This document shows, piece after piece, positions 37,103 through 47,547 of a stretch of 52,603 bases of DNA (the first letter of the stretch is position 1; every line of letters starts with the position of its first letter). This DNA is from a virus (taxonomy: Duplodnaviria; Caudoviricetes): the IMG/VR virus record IMGVR_UViG_3300048121_000820, positions 1 to 52,603 of that record, one strand, 5' to 3'. A program made the position numbers and the translations under genes. A model generated the notes under the pieces. That model made no database searches. It had not been told where the DNA came from and worked only from the letters and a program-made list of their open reading frames with translations.

Positions 37103-37930
37103 TTATAATTTTTTAATTATATGTTTGTAAACGTCCATACCTTCATCTGTTTTGAAGAATACTGCTAACGCGGAATATGGATGCTCGTCAAATGGCACTG
37201 TCATTAATTTTCGGCCGGTTTCGCCATAAGAAAATGTTCTTTGATCTTGTGATAAAGATATAATTCCTTGCTGTACCGCCTTTACACCTATATTTCTTAA
37301 CTCTACATTTTCATCATTTGCAAGTTGTAAAAACAATATAGGGTTTCTTTTAGCAAAAACTAATCCATCTCTTTTTAATTCGCTAGAAGATAATAAATCT
37401 ACTCTTTCACCGAACTCCACTCTTAATATTGCTTCTAATCCTTCGATGTCCATTTCTTTAGCAGCCAGCAAAGCTTGAATTTCGTAGTTAATGTATTCTA
37501 CCTCATTCATTGCTTGCTCTCTTGGCTTGTCTTCAGAAAAATATTTGTTTCTTAAAGGGTGGTATAAAGATAATAATTTTTGTAAATTTTGTTGTTCTTT
37601 TGGAACATACAACCTTCCGTCTCTAAAAACTATTCTACCTAAAGTTGATTGCCCTTTTTGCTCGTCTACAAATACAGACTTTTGATTAGTGGCATATCTT
37701 AACTCTCTTTGATATCCGAGTTTTTCGTCAAAATACAGTAAAGGAAACTTAGCACTATGTTTAGAGGCTAAAGAATAAACTATAGGTTTTCCTAATCTGT
37801 CTACCAGATTATAAAGCCTATCTTTTATTTCCCACACTGGTTCTACTGGTTGTTGTATTTTTTCTTTTTTTGTAATTTTTGGTTGAGGTGCAACCTCGGG
37901 TTTTTCTACTGCTTCAGCTTTTTTCGCCAT
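37103..37930 (-). CDS. Conserved protein downstream of the major capsid gene
   Basis: 275 aa; RELRYATNQKS.FVDEQ; occupies the post-MCP position in a crAss-like layout. Confidence 0.65.
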   Translation of the reverse strand: MAKKAEAVEKPEVAPQPKITKKEKIQQPVEPVWEIKDRLYNLVDRLGKPIVYSLASKHSAKFPLLYFDEKLGYQRELRYATNQKSVFVDEQKGQSTLGRIVFRDGRLYVPKEQQNLQKLLSLYHPLRNKYFSEDKPREQAMNEVEYINYEIQALLAAKEMDIEGLEAILRVEFGERVDLLSSSELKRDGLVFAKRNPILFLQLANDENVELRNIGVKAVQQGIISLSQDQRTFSYGETGRKLMTVPFDEHPYSALAVFFKTDEGMDVYKHIIKKL

Positions 37931-37959
37931 GATATAATAAAATTAAATAATTAATAAGA

Positions 37960-38000
37960 GTAATAATTACCCCCGTCGATATAACGAGGGTAATAATTAC
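37960..38000 (-). terminator. Hairpin terminator after the major capsid gene
   Basis: Minus strand GTAATTATTACCCTCGTT-ATATC-GACGGGGGTAATTATTAC followed by T-rich sequence. Confidence 0.7.
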
Positions 38001-38017
38001 ATTAATTTGCCTTCTTA

Positions 38018-39496
38018 TTAGAAATTTTGTGTTTTCTTAAGAATAACAAAGTTATTAGCTCCTTGAACACATAATGCTCTTTCTGATAAGAAATTAACAT
38101 TCATAGCGTCCTCTTCGCTCGTGTAGTTGCCACCAACAGAACCTGTAATCCAAGATTTCAATCTACGATCGTCAGCTTCAGAAGCTCTGTAGCGTACGTG
38201 TAAAAATGGTCGTTGAATATTTTGTCCTAAAATTTGGTCGTAAACCGTAGAGACACCTGCAGGTACAATAACTCCAAGAACGTCATTAACCATTCCTCTT
38301 GTAGTTGAATCATTTAGGTATTTCCAGTCTGTCTTATAGAAATCGTAAGATCCTCTTCGGAATCCGCTAAATCCTAAGTTAAGTGCCATATCTTCAGAAT
38401 TTTCAAATACACCATAAGATGTACCTCCACTTCCGTAAGAATTTTGCGCAGCCAACATGATGTCGATATCCAAAGAAGTGCTACGATCTAAGAACAACAT
38501 GTTCTCTTCAATAGCCCCTTGCTTATCTAGCTCTCCTAAAATTAAATCAAACTCTCCAATACCAGTAGCTGGTACAGCGTTTGCAAAATCAGGATCATTA
38601 AAAGTTAAGCCTCTACTTTCGATAGCAGCAAAAAGACCCTCAGATCCAGTAAAGCCATTATCACCAGCAGAATCTCCACCGCCTCCACCGTTGTCTTGTA
38701 CGGCTTCAATCATAGACATTTCTAAATAATCTTCAAAACGTAACCTAGCTTCATGCTCAGACTTTAGGTACCATAGGTATCCTCCAGTTCCAGCTTCAGT
38801 AGTTACTTCAACCCACCCAATTTGAGCAACGTCTGAACCGTTTACTGCATACTTTTCTCTAAGTATGATAGGTTTGTTGCTGAATTGTGTGAATTTAGCA
38901 TTTGGTTGTGCCGCAACAACAGAAGAGCCTTTTTTGTACTCAGAACCATAAACAAATACGGCAACATCAGTAATGTCCCCAGCAGGTGTTGGTAGAAGTG
39001 CATTCAAGTCTTGAGCGTTGTATGGAGCCACTGCTATAGTTGTAGCTGTGCCATCGCCTCCGGTTGTTACTCTTGCCTTAACAACAACGCCGTCTTTTGC
39101 AATAATAACTGTCTGGCCTGCGTTAATCAATTCCGCTTTTTCAGCTGCACTCTGTAACCCAGCAGTTCCCGCTGGATCAGCTGTAAATTGAATAGTGTTA
39201 TTTCCAGCTTGCGCTACTGTAATTGAACAGTCATCCATTGCGATGTGTAGTCGCCCTTGTTCAGACCATACAATTTGGTCAGAAGCCATTGGCATTTCTG
39301 CTCCTACCATGCGTAAGAATCCAGAAACAGTACGGTTACCGTATCTTTCTACTTCTTTTTCGTACACTTCTGGTAAAAACTGTTGTGTAAAATCCATGTC
39401 AGCTAATGAAAGGTAGTTGTCCGCAAACAACCCTTTAGTAGGACGTGGAGTTTGGTGATTTAATTGGGCACCAATACCCGGTGTTGGAAAACTCAT
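38018..39496 (-). CDS. Major capsid protein
   Basis: 492 aa, after portal and scaffold, followed by a terminator; QQFLPE.YE.E.ERYG.R, W.EQGRLH and GF.GF.RG.YDFY motifs. Confidence 0.8.
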   Translation of the reverse strand: MSFPTPGIGAQLNHQTPRPTKGLFADNYLSLADMDFTQQFLPEVYEKEVERYGNRTVSGFLRMVGAEMPMASDQIVWSEQGRLHIAMDDCSITVAQAGNNTIQFTADPAGTAGLQSAAEKAELINAGQTVIIAKDGVVVKARVTTGGDGTATTIAVAPYNAQDLNALLPTPAGDITDVAVFVYGSEYKKGSSVVAAQPNAKFTQFSNKPIILREKYAVNGSDVAQIGWVEVTTEAGTGGYLWYLKSEHEARLRFEDYLEMSMIEAVQDNGGGGGDSAGDNGFTGSEGLFAAIESRGLTFNDPDFANAVPATGIGEFDLILGELDKQGAIEENMLFLDRSTSLDIDIMLAAQNSYGSGGTSYGVFENSEDMALNLGFSGFRRGSYDFYKTDWKYLNDSTTRGMVNDVLGVIVPAGVSTVYDQILGQNIQRPFLHVRYRASEADDRRLKSWITGSVGGNYTSEEDAMNVNFLSERALCVQGANNFVILKKTQNF

Positions 39497-39517
39497 AGTT
39501 TTTTAATTTTAAATTGT

Positions 39518-40687
39518 TTATTTTTTTATTTTTATCTTTAATCTGGAAGAATCTACACCATTAACAGATCGCACTTTCCAGCCGTTCTGAAGAGTCGTGT
39601 TTTCATGAACCCCTCTCGGATCCATATTGACATTCTTCGTTCTGGCCATACTGTCTTTCATAGCGTCGGCTTTGCCTTGCTCATAAAAGTGTTTTGCGAC
39701 TGCATCAGGGTTCATTGCAGTAAATAGAGATTTATGATAACCCCTAGCATCTGACATTTCATTTTTATCGTTTAAGAACTTCTTAACAAAATTATTAATG
39801 TCGCTTTGAGTAGTCTTTACCTCGCTTGCATTTTTAACATTAAACCTATACTTTTTGTCTCCAACTTGATATTCAAAACCTTTGAAATCTTTATTAAAAA
39901 CCTGATTGGTCTGATTTAAAAACGTAGTTTTTTGCTGCGTTGCTTTCTCTTCCTGTTTGTTATAGCGGTTGAAAAATTCAACTGCTTTTTGCTGTTCTGG
40001 ATTTAATTTTGATCCAGCTTTAATTTCTTCGTAATATTTAGACTTTAATCCATTTAAGTGATTCTTAGCCTTTGCTAGCTCTTCTTTATAAGCTATTTTC
40101 TTTTTACGGACATCTCTTTCCTCGTCTAACTCTTCGTCATAAGAAAAATTGTCTTCCATTAAAAAGTCAATTTCTTCTTTATCAAGATGAGGTTTTGTGT
40201 TTTCGTAATATTCTTTTAACAATTGTGCTTCATTTAATGACGAATAATCGGTATTTAGCTTTACATAATCCTGTAAGCTGCCGCCGGTTTCGTTCATAAA
40301 GTCAACAACTTTTTGAATATTTTCAGGTAATTCAATACCTGTTTCTTTTTGTTCCGCAATTGCTTCTGCAACATCCTCGGTTAGTTGCTCTGTTTGCTCT
40401 TGAACTTCTTCTTCTATTATTTCTTCAAGTGCTGATTCCTCGACTTGCTCGGGCTCCCGTACTTCTTGAACCACTTCTTCGCTACTTGTCTCGTTTTCGG
40501 GTTGCTCGACAACATCATTGCTGTCATCTGGGCTTTCGTTTTGAATGGCATTTTCTTCCGTGTTATTTAATTCTGATAAATTAACTTTAATCGTGCCATC
40601 TTCGTCCTTTGTTACGGGGCCTGATTCTTGCACTACTTCCTGTTTAATTTCTTCAGGATTAGTTGCTTCGTTTTCTTTGTTTTCCAT
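39518..40687 (-). CDS. Putative capsid scaffolding protein
   Basis: Very acidic, disordered N-terminus and helical C-terminus; between portal and MCP. Confidence 0.65.
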   Translation of the reverse strand: MENKENEATNPEEIKQEVVQESGPVTKDEDGTIKVNLSELNNTEENAIQNESPDDSNDVVEQPENETSSEEVVQEVREPEQVEESALEEIIEEEVQEQTEQLTEDVAEAIAEQKETGIELPENIQKVVDFMNETGGSLQDYVKLNTDYSSLNEAQLLKEYYENTKPHLDKEEIDFLMEDNFSYDEELDEERDVRKKKIAYKEELAKAKNHLNGLKSKYYEEIKAGSKLNPEQQKAVEFFNRYNKQEEKATQQKTTFLNQTNQVFNKDFKGFEYQVGDKKYRFNVKNASEVKTTQSDINNFVKKFLNDKNEMSDARGYHKSLFTAMNPDAVAKHFYEQGKADAMKDSMARTKNVNMDPRGVHENTTLQNGWKVRSVNGVDSSRLKIKIKK

Positions 40688-40722
40688 GATAAAATATTAT
40701 AAAATTACTACTATTACTATTA

Positions 40723-43155
40723 TTACTTGGGCTCGAAAGAACCTAAGTCAAATCCACCTCCTAATATATCGTTTCCGCTAGATTCGAAGTTTTTTGGTGG
40801 CGTATTATTTTTTCTTTGATCAATTAGCTCGCTTTGCTGAGAGCCTTGCATTTTAATTCTTTTGTCTTTTCGGTCTTCTTTGGAATTCTCAATAGTGTCT
40901 TTTTGCTGAGTGTCCATGTTCCTAAGCTGAATATTGTATTGAAATTCTAAATTCATTAGTTGCATTTTGGACTGAACCTCTAATTGCATTTTTCTTTCAG
41001 CAAGCTGTGCTTCGATTTGTTTTAGCTCTATTTCTTGTTGTTTTAAAGCTTGATTTTTTTGCACTTCAGCTTGAGCTGCTACCTGCTGTGCTTGAGCATT
41101 AGCTTGGGCTTGGGCTTGAATATTTTGCTGTTGCATTAGCTGATCACGCTCTTGCTTTTTCTTTCTTCTTAGCTTTAATACTTGGTTAGCTAATTTAATA
41201 TTTTTTATTTCCCTGATGTCTATAGCGTCAGAAAGTTCTATTAAACCTGCAGACAACGCTGTTTGAATATTATTTTCTAGCTGCTGTTTTTCTTCCTCAT
41301 CTGGTGTTAGCTCTAAGAATATACCAAAATCGTACAAATGTAACCCACCCATTTCTTCAAGAGTAGCTGCATTGTGGCCGCCTATCTTCTGTATAAAAGC
41401 ATCTCTTGTAGGTGAAAATTCTAATATGTCAGATATTCTAAGAGATAAGCACTCCGCTAATGTAGCCGTTAAATATAAACCTCCATTAAGAATGTGCCTT
41501 GTAGCAGTGTTACTATTTGCCGCTGCTATTTTTTGTATACCCACCAAAGCTCTTGAATCAGGCGTACTACCGTCTCTAGCTTCGTTTAGACCCGTTGTGT
41601 CTCGAATCATTTGTAGATAATAATTATACGTATTAATTAAGGCCGCCATTTTATTACCCCCAGAACCGCTTGTTATTTCTTGAATAGGCACTTTGCCCGG
41701 GTTCATATCACCTTCTTGAGTAAACGACCTACCAATTACAGAACCTGTTTGGAAAAACATATTTAATGCTTCTTGAGGATTGTAATTTGTTCCGTTACCT
41801 AGGTCGACTTCGGCTAAGCCGTCAGCGTCAAGATAAACACCATCTGGTACCATACGAGATAATACCTGCTGCAACTTTAAATGCGTAAGTTGTATCATAT
41901 CAGCAAAGCCTGTTATACGACTCACTAAAGACTCAATTTTGCCTTTGTACATTCTCGGGGCAACAATACTGTAGTTCATTAATACTTTGGTATAGTCGCT
42001 TTTTGGCCTCATCATATTTTTAGCCATTTCCCACTTTAACAAATAGTCTGTACCTAGTATTAATACTCCTTCGTATAAAACCTCTAAAGACCTTGAAAGC
42101 TTACCAAATTGTTCTTCTAACATCTCTACAGGTGGATCAAATTGATCATCCCTTAAAACTATTTTACTAGCCCCTGTAGCGGTTTCCTTAATCTTGTAAA
42201 CCTCGTTCATGTAGGTTTTAAAATTAAAATACAGTACCTGCACTGTATTAACGTCTGGAGACGCAGAGTTGTTTAATGGTCTGTTATAAAAACTATTGCT
42301 TTGGTAAGACGTTTTAGATATTTTTTCTAAATCATCATTTGTTAAACTTGGGAATTGCTTTTTAAGATCATTTATTGTAATGTCTTTTACTTCACCAACA
42401 TAGTATATATCTTCAAAATATGGCGATTCAGTATATGAGTAAACTAAATTAGCCGGGTCTACATAATCAACCACCACACCTTCTGATAATGTAAATCTGT
42501 TTTTTACAGCTCCAATACCTATCGTAGTTAAATCATAATAAGTTCTTCTTTGCGTAAGATCATAAGAATTACCCTCTAGCAAAGTGTTTATTGCCTGCTC
42601 TTCAGCTATTTCTACAGCTTGCTTGTAGGTCAGCTGCATGTGTATTTCTAATTCTTCTTTTGTTTCAGGTAAATCCTCTACATTTGTTTTAAATATAGAT
42701 ATACCAAATTCATTTTGCACAAAATCTGATAGGTCCTTAGCGTGCATATCTCTAAGAACATCTTCCATATATTGTGTTCTTTTGCTCACCCCATACGGAT
42801 CTTGAGAATATGCTTTTATATCAAAGTTCCTTTCCGCCATACCGTTTACTACGATATCTACAAACTTAGGAATAATAGGCACAGGCTTCCAATCTAAATT
42901 CAAATAAGATAAATCACCGTTTATTGACAACTCATCTTTGTATTTTTGTATAGGCTGTTCGCCCCTTGCGTATAATCGTAATTTATGAAAAGTGTGTTGG
43001 TTACTAACAAATCTATTTGAATTAGCTCCAGAATCTGTTTTGAACCACTCGTCTTGAATTGCTCGTCCAACTTTTAAGCCGTATTCCGAAGAAATTTTTT
43101 CAGCGTCACTAGCAACTTGACTAGGGAAAGAACTTTTTACAACTGATTCAGCCAT
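40723..43155 (-). CDS. Portal protein
   Basis: 810 aa after TerL; LRLYARGEQ, PIIPKFVDIVVNG, TGLNEARDG; Q-rich C-terminal barrel helix. Confidence 0.85.
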   Translation of the reverse strand: MAESVVKSSFPSQVASDAEKISSEYGLKVGRAIQDEWFKTDSGANSNRFVSNQHTFHKLRLYARGEQPIQKYKDELSINGDLSYLNLDWKPVPIIPKFVDIVVNGMAERNFDIKAYSQDPYGVSKRTQYMEDVLRDMHAKDLSDFVQNEFGISIFKTNVEDLPETKEELEIHMQLTYKQAVEIAEEQAINTLLEGNSYDLTQRRTYYDLTTIGIGAVKNRFTLSEGVVVDYVDPANLVYSYTESPYFEDIYYVGEVKDITINDLKKQFPSLTNDDLEKISKTSYQSNSFYNRPLNNSASPDVNTVQVLYFNFKTYMNEVYKIKETATGASKIVLRDDQFDPPVEMLEEQFGKLSRSLEVLYEGVLILGTDYLLKWEMAKNMMRPKSDYTKVLMNYSIVAPRMYKGKIESLVSRITGFADMIQLTHLKLQQVLSRMVPDGVYLDADGLAEVDLGNGTNYNPQEALNMFFQTGSVIGRSFTQEGDMNPGKVPIQEITSGSGGNKMAALINTYNYYLQMIRDTTGLNEARDGSTPDSRALVGIQKIAAANSNTATRHILNGGLYLTATLAECLSLRISDILEFSPTRDAFIQKIGGHNAATLEEMGGLHLYDFGIFLELTPDEEEKQQLENNIQTALSAGLIELSDAIDIREIKNIKLANQVLKLRRKKKQERDQLMQQQNIQAQAQANAQAQQVAAQAEVQKNQALKQQEIELKQIEAQLAERKMQLEVQSKMQLMNLEFQYNIQLRNMDTQQKDTIENSKEDRKDKRIKMQGSQQSELIDQRKNNTPPKNFESSGNDILGGGFDLGSFEPK

Positions 43156-43157
43156 AC

Positions 43158-45368
43158 TTATTTTATTATTTTTGAAATATTACTGCCATTATTATATTTA
43201 GCAATATTTAAATTTAGTTTTTGTTTTTGTGTTGAAGGTATTGGTCTATAAAGGTTTTTATTACATGCCATTATAGCCAGCCCGCTACTTATTGCGGCAT
43301 CAAATTTTGTTCTTTTGTTTATATCAAACTTAGACCAATCATTTAATGTTGAACTAAAATACAAGGTGCCGTAACTATTATCATCCAGCAAACCTACGTG
43401 TTTATCTATATAGCTTTCGATAGCTGCTGCGTGTGCTTGCTTTATATCCTCGCTTGAGTTCGGTATCCCGCCTATTTCCTTTTCTGCTACGGAAAGTTTA
43501 TTCCATAGCTTATCTGGTCTGTTCATTGAATAGCCCCTGTATCCTCTTCTTTTTAAATAATACAGCAATCTAGGTTTATTATTTTCAGCCAATAACGGCA
43601 TTCCATAAAATACTAAAGCCATAAGTACATCTTCAAAAAACATTTCAGCTGTTTGTGGCCGTGCTATATATTCTAAAAAAAAATGATTAGGAGGTGCATT
43701 TTCCATTGAAAATTTAGTTAATCCGTGCAAAGCACCTTTCGACCCACTGCCTCCTACTGTTCCTGATATGTCATAGCTATCACAGCCAAATGCCCCTATG
43801 TGATCATTACCCGGATATTTAACACCGTTTTTTATTACCTGCCTATTTTGCAGGCCACGGTCTGGAACCCAGCTAACTTTAAACCTTCCCTGGGGATTAG
43901 GCGTAAATCTTACTTTAGTATCTTTAATACCGTTTTCCCAAGAAAAACTCCCAGTGGTAACAACGCTACTATTCTTTAAGTCTTCGTTATAGTCTATTTG
44001 TTCGTATATTTTTACTAAATTAAATATACTGTTTTTAGTCTCATCCCGGAACGCATGCTCCTCTGTTCGTGGAAATTGCCTATAGAACTCATTTAGAGCA
44101 TCCTGATCGCCTTTTAATCCCTCAACCTCATTATCCCAATGTTCTATAACCCCGACGTCTATAACGTCTCCATATGGTCCCTCACAATGCTTAAGTGGGG
44201 TTTCGAATACAGGCATCCCAAAAGAATCAATGAATCCTTCGTAATTCCATTCCATAGGTATGAACAAAGAATATAATCCTGACTTAGTTTGTCCGTTTCT
44301 ATTTCGTTTGGTAACATCAGAATCATTATATAATTTTTTAAAGTTCTCTCCTCCCTTGTCTAATGCGTTCGACGTTGAGCCCATCATACATTTGCCAATA
44401 ATCCTGGCTCCTAATCTTAGTGTCGTTTTTGTAACCCTCCAGTTATTAAGGATGTTGTCTGGCCTTTCCCACTTCCCCGATTCATCGTGGACGAGAAGTT
44501 TAAGTTTTTCCCCATCGTAGGAGTTGTCGCCTGTGTTCTTCCAGTCGATCGTGGTATCAAGCCCCTCGAGTAATTCTTTATCTTTCTTATTTTGTATAGA
44601 CTTCCTAGTGAGTCTACTGGCTGGAATCCTATAGGCAAGCTCGGTCTTTGGCCTGTCCATACCGTCCTGGATGGGTTTGAAAAAGAACGGGTAGTTGACG
44701 GATATTGGTACAACCTTGTCTGTGAACATTTTCTTAGCATCCGCTCCAGACTTAGACAAGATACCGTACCGTGCATCTGACGTAATTGTCGCCAAATTAA
44801 CGGTCTCTGCTGAAGACATAAATGAAAATCCTGAACGGCGGTTTTTAAGGTAACACATTCCGTAAGATCGTGCGTCGGCTTTACAAGCCTCCCAGAATAT
44901 GAAGAATAGTCTGTTTGCTTCCCTAAAGTCTGGCTTCCCAACGTCAATCTTGCTCCACTGCAAGTACATAAAGTGAGCGCCAGTAATGTAAGTAGCCATG
45001 CTCTTATTATTGAACCAATGGCCTTCGTCTCTTTTTTTAAATTGTTCATCTATATATGGTTCCCATTTTTCTTTAAAATCGTCTGGATAATCGCGCCAAT
45101 CAAATACACTAGATATATTTTTTAGCTCTCTAGGGTATTCCTCTGGCGTCCATTTATCGTAAGTTTTATCTAATTTAGCCGGAGCTTTTGGTAAAGCTAT
45201 TTTTAACCCTTGTATTTCGTAAACTTCTCCTATTTGGCCGGTTTTACTAATAACGACGACATCATGCTCTTTGCTATACCCATACTGCCATTTTTTACTT
45301 TTATTTAGCCTAGATATAGTGTTTAATTTAATAGGAGTTATAATCTTTAATAAAGCCTGTTCGTACAT
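43158..45368 (-). CDS. terL: Terminase large subunit
   Basis: KNRRSGFS Walker A variant, LLVHDESGK Walker B, GSTSN motif III, RNase H-like GCDSYD...AENN...FDAAIS. Confidence 0.9.
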   Translation of the reverse strand: MYEQALLKIITPIKLNTISRLNKSKKWQYGYSKEHDVVVISKTGQIGEVYEIQGLKIALPKAPAKLDKTYDKWTPEEYPRELKNISSVFDWRDYPDDFKEKWEPYIDEQFKKRDEGHWFNNKSMATYITGAHFMYLQWSKIDVGKPDFREANRLFFIFWEACKADARSYGMCYLKNRRSGFSFMSSAETVNLATITSDARYGILSKSGADAKKMFTDKVVPISVNYPFFFKPIQDGMDRPKTELAYRIPASRLTRKSIQNKKDKELLEGLDTTIDWKNTGDNSYDGEKLKLLVHDESGKWERPDNILNNWRVTKTTLRLGARIIGKCMMGSTSNALDKGGENFKKLYNDSDVTKRNRNGQTKSGLYSLFIPMEWNYEGFIDSFGMPVFETPLKHCEGPYGDVIDVGVIEHWDNEVEGLKGDQDALNEFYRQFPRTEEHAFRDETKNSIFNLVKIYEQIDYNEDLKNSSVVTTGSFSWENGIKDTKVRFTPNPQGRFKVSWVPDRGLQNRQVIKNGVKYPGNDHIGAFGCDSYDISGTVGGSGSKGALHGLTKFSMENAPPNHFFLEYIARPQTAEMFFEDVLMALVFYGMPLLAENNKPRLLYYLKRRGYRGYSMNRPDKLWNKLSVAEKEIGGIPNSSEDIKQAHAAAIESYIDKHVGLLDDNSYGTLYFSSTLNDWSKFDINKRTKFDAAISSGLAIMACNKNLYRPIPSTQKQKLNLNIAKYNNGSNISKIIK

Positions 45369-45643
45369 TACTTAGATCTTTTTTCAGCAAACCCCTTAAA
45401 CGACTTAGGCTTATCATCTTCTTTAGGTTTGTTATCAATTATTCGCTCCTCCTCGTCAATACGATTTAATATTTCAAACGCATCGAATATTGCTAATTTT
45501 TTAGTGGCTGCCGCATTTTTTAATCTATCAGCGGAAATATCATCATCAGAATCCACAATAGCCTCCTTGGCTACTTTAATTAATTCCTCAACTGCTTTAT
45601 GCCCAGCTTGGATTATATTCCTCTTCGTTTCCTTGATATTCAT
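45368..45643 (-). CDS. Putative terminase small subunit
   Basis: Small helical protein coupled (TAATG) directly upstream of TerL. Confidence 0.45.
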   Translation of the reverse strand: MNIKETKRNIIQAGHKAVEELIKVAKEAIVDSDDDISADRLKNAAATKKLAIFDAFEILNRIDEEERIIDNKPKEDDKPKSFKGFAEKRSK

Positions 45644-46175
45644 ATTTAATTGTAATTTGATTTGCAGGAACTCTATATAATTTTTCTTTGTTTATATAAA
45701 AATCGTATTCAAAACCCAGCTTATAACCTATCAAAGCGCCTTGTTCGATGGACCCATCAGTGTACTTTACAATACCAATTCCGGGTTTTTCAAAATCTAT
45801 AGAAAACATTTTGTCTTCTTTTAAAGGCTTTATAAAACAAAAACCTTTTAAGCACTCCCATTCTTTTTTTTTGACTGCAAAAATTTGATTCTCGTTAACA
45901 AGATATTTATTTTCCTCAAGGTAGCTCCTGCTGTTTTTTTCTTTACCCCTAATGTCGTAGAATCTTCTAAAAACATTGTGATGCAGTATTACTTCGTCGC
46001 CTTTTTTAATGTTGGTATTATTTATAAGCGGTTCAGAAATTACAATACCTATTCTATTGACGTAATTGTGATTTTGAAGCTCGGTATTTAAAATAATATT
46101 TTTATTACCTACGTTCTTTATTGAAGTAGTGCTTTTACCTTTAGGAGTTACTATAAAATCTAATAATGAATTCAT
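45597..46175 (-). CDS. GroES-like (tandem) protein
   Basis: FIVTP...IILN...GIVIS.P......IKKGDEVI and a second FIKP...GIVKY....G..I repeat. Confidence 0.5.
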   Translation of the reverse strand: MNSLLDFIVTPKGKSTTSIKNVGNKNIILNTELQNHNYVNRIGIVISEPLINNTNIKKGDEVILHHNVFRRFYDIRGKEKNSRSYLEENKYLVNENQIFAVKKKEWECLKGFCFIKPLKEDKMFSIDFEKPGIGIVKYTDGSIEQGALIGYKLGFEYDFYINKEKLYRVPANQITIKYEYQGNEEEYNPSWA

Positions 46176-46390
46176 TAATAGTCTAAATTATATTCTACAG
46201 ATATCGCCATATTCTTATTAAAATCTTTCCACGGCAGCACTTCGTCTTTCTTTTTAATATATATAGAGTACTTTTCGTCTTCTTCTATTATATTATATAT
46301 AGTATGACCACCATACACCTCCTGACCGACAGAATAATGCATGGCGTCATTCTTATAATTTGATCCAATGCTAATCTTCCTTATTAACAT
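46175..46390 (-). CDS. Conserved small hypothetical protein
   Basis: IRKISIG..YK..AMHY.VGQ.V...WK.FN..M.ISVEY. Confidence 0.7.
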   Translation of the reverse strand: MLIRKISIGSNYKNDAMHYSVGQEVYGGHTIYNIIEEDEKYSIYIKKKDEVLPWKDFNKNMAISVEYNLDY

Positions 46391-46616
46391 TTTCTTTTAT
46401 TTCTCCAGTATTTATATCAACACTAACATCTCCATAAGCTTCTTTCAGTTCGTCTTGGAATTTTTGTAAGCCCACTTGAGATTCTGAAACCCTATGCAAT
46501 ATTTGGTGCTTTTCAATATCTAGTCTTCCTAATTCTAATTGTAATTTATTAAAATTATTAATTAATGTTTTTAATTCTTCTAATTCTTCTTTTTTAATTT
46601 TTTTTGTTTTTGCCAT
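46371..46616 (-). CDS. Small coiled-coil protein (possible fibre chaperone)
   Basis: Heptad pattern ending L.E.YG.V.VDI.TGEI. Confidence 0.6.
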   Translation of the reverse strand: MAKTKKIKKEELEELKTLINNFNKLQLELGRLDIEKHQILHRVSESQVGLQKFQDELKEAYGDVSVDINTGEIKENVNKED

Positions 46617-46672
46617 TTTATTTAATTTAAGTGTTTAACATATAGTTAAGTATTACGTATTTACGCGTTACT

Positions 46673-46993
46673 TTAATCCTCTATCGTCATAGTTACTGAA
46701 GCCGGGTTTTCTAGTTCATCAATTTGTGAAGCAATACTGCCTTCAATAGCTTCAACTTGCTCTTCACTCATAGCTTCTTTTGTCCAGCCCGCAACAACTT
46801 CGTTTGTTAATTCGTCAAAAGGTATAAACTCAGTTTCAGGATTTAAAGTTACTATTTGAGTTCCAATATTAGTTGCTGAATAATCTTCTTTGACCCCTGT
46901 TACTCTCCAGTGTACATTATACACTACATTTGTCTCACCCTCTTCCTGAGGGTATACATCTACCGTTTTGCAATTCCAATCGTATGTTATCAT
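46673..46993 (-). CDS. Tail-fibre-associated small protein
   Basis: YDW.......VVYNVHW.V.G...FIPF..LT...V..W motif; follows the fibre genes. Confidence 0.6.
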   Translation of the reverse strand: MITYDWNCKTVDVYPQEEGETNVVYNVHWRVTGVKEDYSATNIGTQIVTLNPETEFIPFDELTNEVVAGWTKEAMSEEQVEAIEGSIASQIDELENPASVTMTIED

Positions 46994-47006
46994 TATTTTT
47001 ATTTGT

Positions 47007-47546
47007 TTATTTTAAAATTCTAGGTATTCTTAAAGTATCTATTTGTTTTCCGGATTCTATATCTAAAATTTCATATGTTACGGTTTCATCACACACCATC
47101 ATTCTGCCTAATAGCCCTATTGGCCTACCCTTACATCCAAACACAACCGTTGATCCGCTTGATCCATCTTTACCATCTTTACCATCTGCTCCAGTAGGTC
47201 CAGTAGGTCCAGTCGCGCCCTGAGGTCCCTGAGGCCCAGTGCTTCCTGTATCCCCTTTTTCCCCTTTAGAGGTAGCTGTTGTTGAATCTTTACCAAAGGC
47301 GGCTTTAACAAAAGCGTGCACCTCTTCTAGGTCTTGTCTTATATTTTCTATTTCTTTTAAAAGATATATTGATTTTGTATAGTTATCATGGTCATTTAAA
47401 AGCTCAGTTATATCTGATACTGCTGCTATTTCTGAAGCCACTTTAGATGGTACGACTATCTCTCCATTAGAATCTTTATAGGCTCTTGTTGTGTCCCCGC
47501 TTTTATAAAGCTTTTTTGTTCTTATGTTATCGTTTATATTAGCCAT
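47007..47546 (-). CDS. Collagen-like repeat protein
   Basis: GXY run (GEKGDTGSTGPQGPQGATGPTGPTGADGKDGKDG); ATG 47546 is preferred over 47567 because it avoids a long overlap. Confidence 0.75.
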   Translation of the reverse strand: MANINDNIRTKKLYKSGDTTRAYKDSNGEIVVPSKVASEIAAVSDITELLNDHDNYTKSIYLLKEIENIRQDLEEVHAFVKAAFGKDSTTATSKGEKGDTGSTGPQGPQGATGPTGPTGADGKDGKDGSSGSTVVFGCKGRPIGLLGRMMVCDETVTYEILDIESGKQIDTLRIPRILK

Positions 47547-47547
47547 A

